In this document: in pieces, positions 61,573-64,000 of the stretch | Position numbering within the stretch: the first letter of the stretch is position 1 | Layout: each line of letters starts with the position of its first letter | Origin: Giardia intestinalis | Lineage: Eukaryota | Reading direction: 5' to 3' (one strand) | NCBI GenBank assembly: GCA_000002435.2 | Contig: CM018793.1 | DNA: 64,000 bases | Notes under the pieces: generated by a model | Databases searched by the model: none | What the model was told of the DNA's origin: nothing | Seen by the model: the letters and a program-made list of their open reading frames with translations, nothing else | Position numbers and translations under genes: made by a program

Positions 61573-62155
61573 TTCCAAGCGCGGTAGAGACAGTCTTCTT
61601 GTCCATTTGCAATTTAGTCAGCATATATTTTTGCAAGCAGAAAATGTTGTCAGTCCATAGATTTGCTTCCTGTTTCGCAATATCTGTATAATTTCGTAGC
61701 TTCTGTGCAACGTCTGGATCGTTCTTAAGCAGATCGCGGAAGGTGCCTCGCTGCTCCTCTAGCTTCACCTGTAGTGCCAGTTTTTCTTTGAGCAGCGAAG
61801 ATCGTTCTTCTGTCTCCTCGCGGCCAACCTTCAGCTCCTCAATTCTTGCCGTCGCTTTATCTATAAAATTGGTTTGCTCCTCTAGTGCCTTCTGTAGACG
61901 GGCAAGCTCTGTGCGTGCAGCCTGAGAGCGCTTGGAAGCAAAGCACCAATAATAGGTACTGGCCCCTATCTTGTCCGTGTCTACAAGGTCCTCATTCACG
62001 AGGGCCTGGAGGACATTCTTAATGACCATTGAGGAGATTCCTGTGGGCTTGGAAAGGGTTTCGATGGTCTTATTGGAATATATTTCGCCTCTCTTGAGCA
62101 TTTCTTCCAGCAGTCTCTCTTTTTTCTCATCCAAGGATGTGCCTTTGGGTGCCAT
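61544..62155 (-). CDS. MND1: Meiotic nuclear division protein 1 homolog (Mnd1)
   Basis: End-to-end similarity to MND1. IGASTYYWCFASK (human IGTSNYYWAFPSK), NLWTDNIFCLQKY (NRWTDNIFAIKSW) and C-terminal GITGEFDYLE (GIPEDFDYID). 203 aa, close to the ~205-aa human protein. Confidence 0.85.
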   Translation of the reverse strand: MAPKGTSLDEKKERLLEEMLKRGEIYSNKTIETLSKPTGISSMVIKNVLQALVNEDLVDTDKIGASTYYWCFASKRSQAARTELARLQKALEEQTNFIDKATARIEELKVGREETEERSSLLKEKLALQVKLEEQRGTFRDLLKNDPDVAQKLRNYTDIAKQEANLWTDNIFCLQKYMLTKLQMDKKTVSTALGITGEFDYLE

Positions 62156-62340
62156 TTATTTCTCCTTTCTACTGCTTCTAGTAGAGCAAAGGATCGAAGA
62201 AGGGCAAGAGGGGCTGACTGTACACAGGTAAATACCAATTTCTGGGCCGATATGCCCACTTTTGAGGTCAGCTGTTACTGGTCTAACATCCCCTCTGCCA
62301 GGGATCTTCTTTAATTATTTGGATGAAAAATAGCAAAACG

Positions 62341-63999
62341 AATGCCTCTCCTCAATGGGTTCCCCCTTACACCAGTAACCGAGACCATTCAAGCAACTTC
62401 CTCCAGTCTTTTTAGCATTCTCCTCACGAACGATTGCTTCTCATCCTACTCCGACTACATCACTAGGGTTCGCCAGCTTCAAAGCCCACTCTTTCAGTGT
62501 GTTACTACTATGGCTACCGGCCTCAGCTATCCGGAGGCGTTAACCAGCGAGCTGAGAGCTATCCATACCATCAGGCGCTTGCCCTCCTTTATTATACTCC
62601 ACTTCATACCGCTACTCGTGAACAAGGCCATGTCCAGTTACCTACTCCCTCTTCTTCTGCTCCCTACCGGTGAGAACGCCACGATAGACGAGTCTAAGCG
62701 TCGATATTTCTGTCAAATCAAAGAGCTGTACCATGAATGTCTCCACAACCTTCCATTCGTCGGAGAGCCCGTTCTTCTTTCTAATAAGCGCATTGGTATC
62801 ATAGTTCATGGATCAAACCTTTTTTCCGCAGCATTTGAAAGCCCCCAGGGCCAACAGGCCACTCTAAACTGCTCGTCAGCCGAGTATTGCGTTGCAGTGG
62901 AGATATCTGGATCTTGGGCCATAAGTTACATGAGGGATGTTGAGTCTGTCCTGGGTCACCAATTGAAAGATGTGATTGACTCTCTTGATGAGCCGTGCTT
63001 CACCTACACAGATGAAGATTCTGGGCTAGATCTGTACATCTTAAAAGAGGGGTCTTATGCCAGGTACACAGTAACGTATGATGATGGTGATGCCTCTCTT
63101 TTTGACTCTCCATCCGTCTATCCCTTGACAGCCTCTCAGTTTGAATACCTTTGCCTTTTGCTCAGATACTTCTTCAATAGCAAGGGAGCTATTCCACCCG
63201 AAGTATACCAAAAACTCCTTACCCTGGTTGATCACATTAATTTGAAAATAGGAGCAGTCAAACAGTCTGTTCAAGCTCAGCTGAACAAGTGCACAGACAT
63301 TAAAGATATAAAAAGCGTGTTTTCTTCCAAAGGACTTGACACCACAGGAATTCTCGAGCTATACATGTGCATCCTTGACGTTCATGCTACTATTCAACCA
63401 GTTCTTACGACCTTTCAGACCGATTGGCTATTTGACTCATGGAACAGAGCAATACACACTCTCTACCCACTACGGCCAGATAACAATCTGCTGGAGCTGA
63501 TTGCAGATAGAAACATGTTCAAGTCACAGGTCATGGGTGCAAACGTTTCGGTCGTAGGAAAGGTTAGCAGCTATGAGATTGACGGCCAAAAATTTTTTAT
63601 TGATGATTCCTTGGCTCTTTGCGAAGGTGAGCGTCGTATCCCTATTCGCATTTCCTTCGTACCGGATCCGCACGGCGCCGGATTGAAAAAATATCTTGAT
63701 ACTAAAAATAAAATAAAGCGACAAGATAACACATCTTCTTCGCAAGATGAGAGTGAGTCCATAGACATTCTGGTAACACCTTCTCGACGGGACTCTTCCG
63801 GCAGAGGCTCACGAGACCCCACTGGCAAGAAGAACACCGCACCATCTACTAAGCCTGTGCATGGTGAGCAAGATAATACTAATGATAACGATGACAACGA
63901 CGGGCCTTATGATTCAGCTGTCATGGACACCGCCACATCCTCTGGTGCCAAGCGATCTGGCGAAAAGACGAAAGGGAAGAGGGCGCCTAATGGCTGTCG
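62341..63999 (+). CDS. Hypothetical protein, 5'-complete and 3'-truncated by the window end (more than 553 aa)
   Basis: Manual translation from the ATG at 62341 (in-frame TGA 18 nt upstream) shows no stop to the end of the window. This ORF is absent from the supplied track because it has no stop codon. Confidence 0.55.
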
Positions 64000-64000
64000 A

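Noticed and set aside
1-64000. CRISPR arrays, operons, phage or defence islands, tRNA/rRNA genes
   Set aside because: No direct-repeat/spacer arrays. The gene content, poly(A) signals, splice donor and VSP/ankyrin families show that this is a eukaryotic (Giardia) chromosome segment. No tRNA-like cloverleaf candidates were recognised by eye, but this was not exhaustively tested.

Overview
This window is eukaryotic, not prokaryotic, and almost certainly Giardia intestinalis (assemblage A-like) nuclear DNA. Evidence: a variant-specific surface protein (VSP) gene with the canonical CRGKA tail and GGCY/CXXC motifs; several 'Protein 21.1' ankyrin-repeat genes; the N-terminal half of the split, trans-spliced HSP90 gene ending in the Giardia intron donor GTATGTT; compact gene spacing; and AGTRAAY poly(A) signals. 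There are about 30 protein-coding genes. Recognisable products include OLA1/YchF, NTF2, YjbQ, an eIF2B-like protein, RFC3, an FAD-dependent G3PDH-like oxidoreductase, a USP deubiquitinase, CCT-eta, an RNA polymerase Rpb3/AC40-type subunit, GNA1 (encystation), a giant kinase and the meiosis gene Mnd1. The outstanding structure is a ~15.25 kb near-perfect palindrome (34925-50176). Each ~6.8 kb arm carries an identical VSP gene in tail-to-tail orientation plus ~4.4 kb of GC-rich sequence with no credible ORF. The arms are separated by a ~1.7 kb unique, strand-asymmetric (A-poor) spacer, and G-quadruplex-type G-runs sit exactly at the arm/spacer junctions. The outer ends of the palindrome share a terminal motif (TTTACTCTCTSC..CACCGAGG) with a separate 1.2 kb element at 7910-9129 that has weak terminal inverted repeats. 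This suggests an unclassified repeat or mobile-element family. The ORF track used alternative (TTG/GTG) starts in several places; those calls were trimmed to the first ATG.
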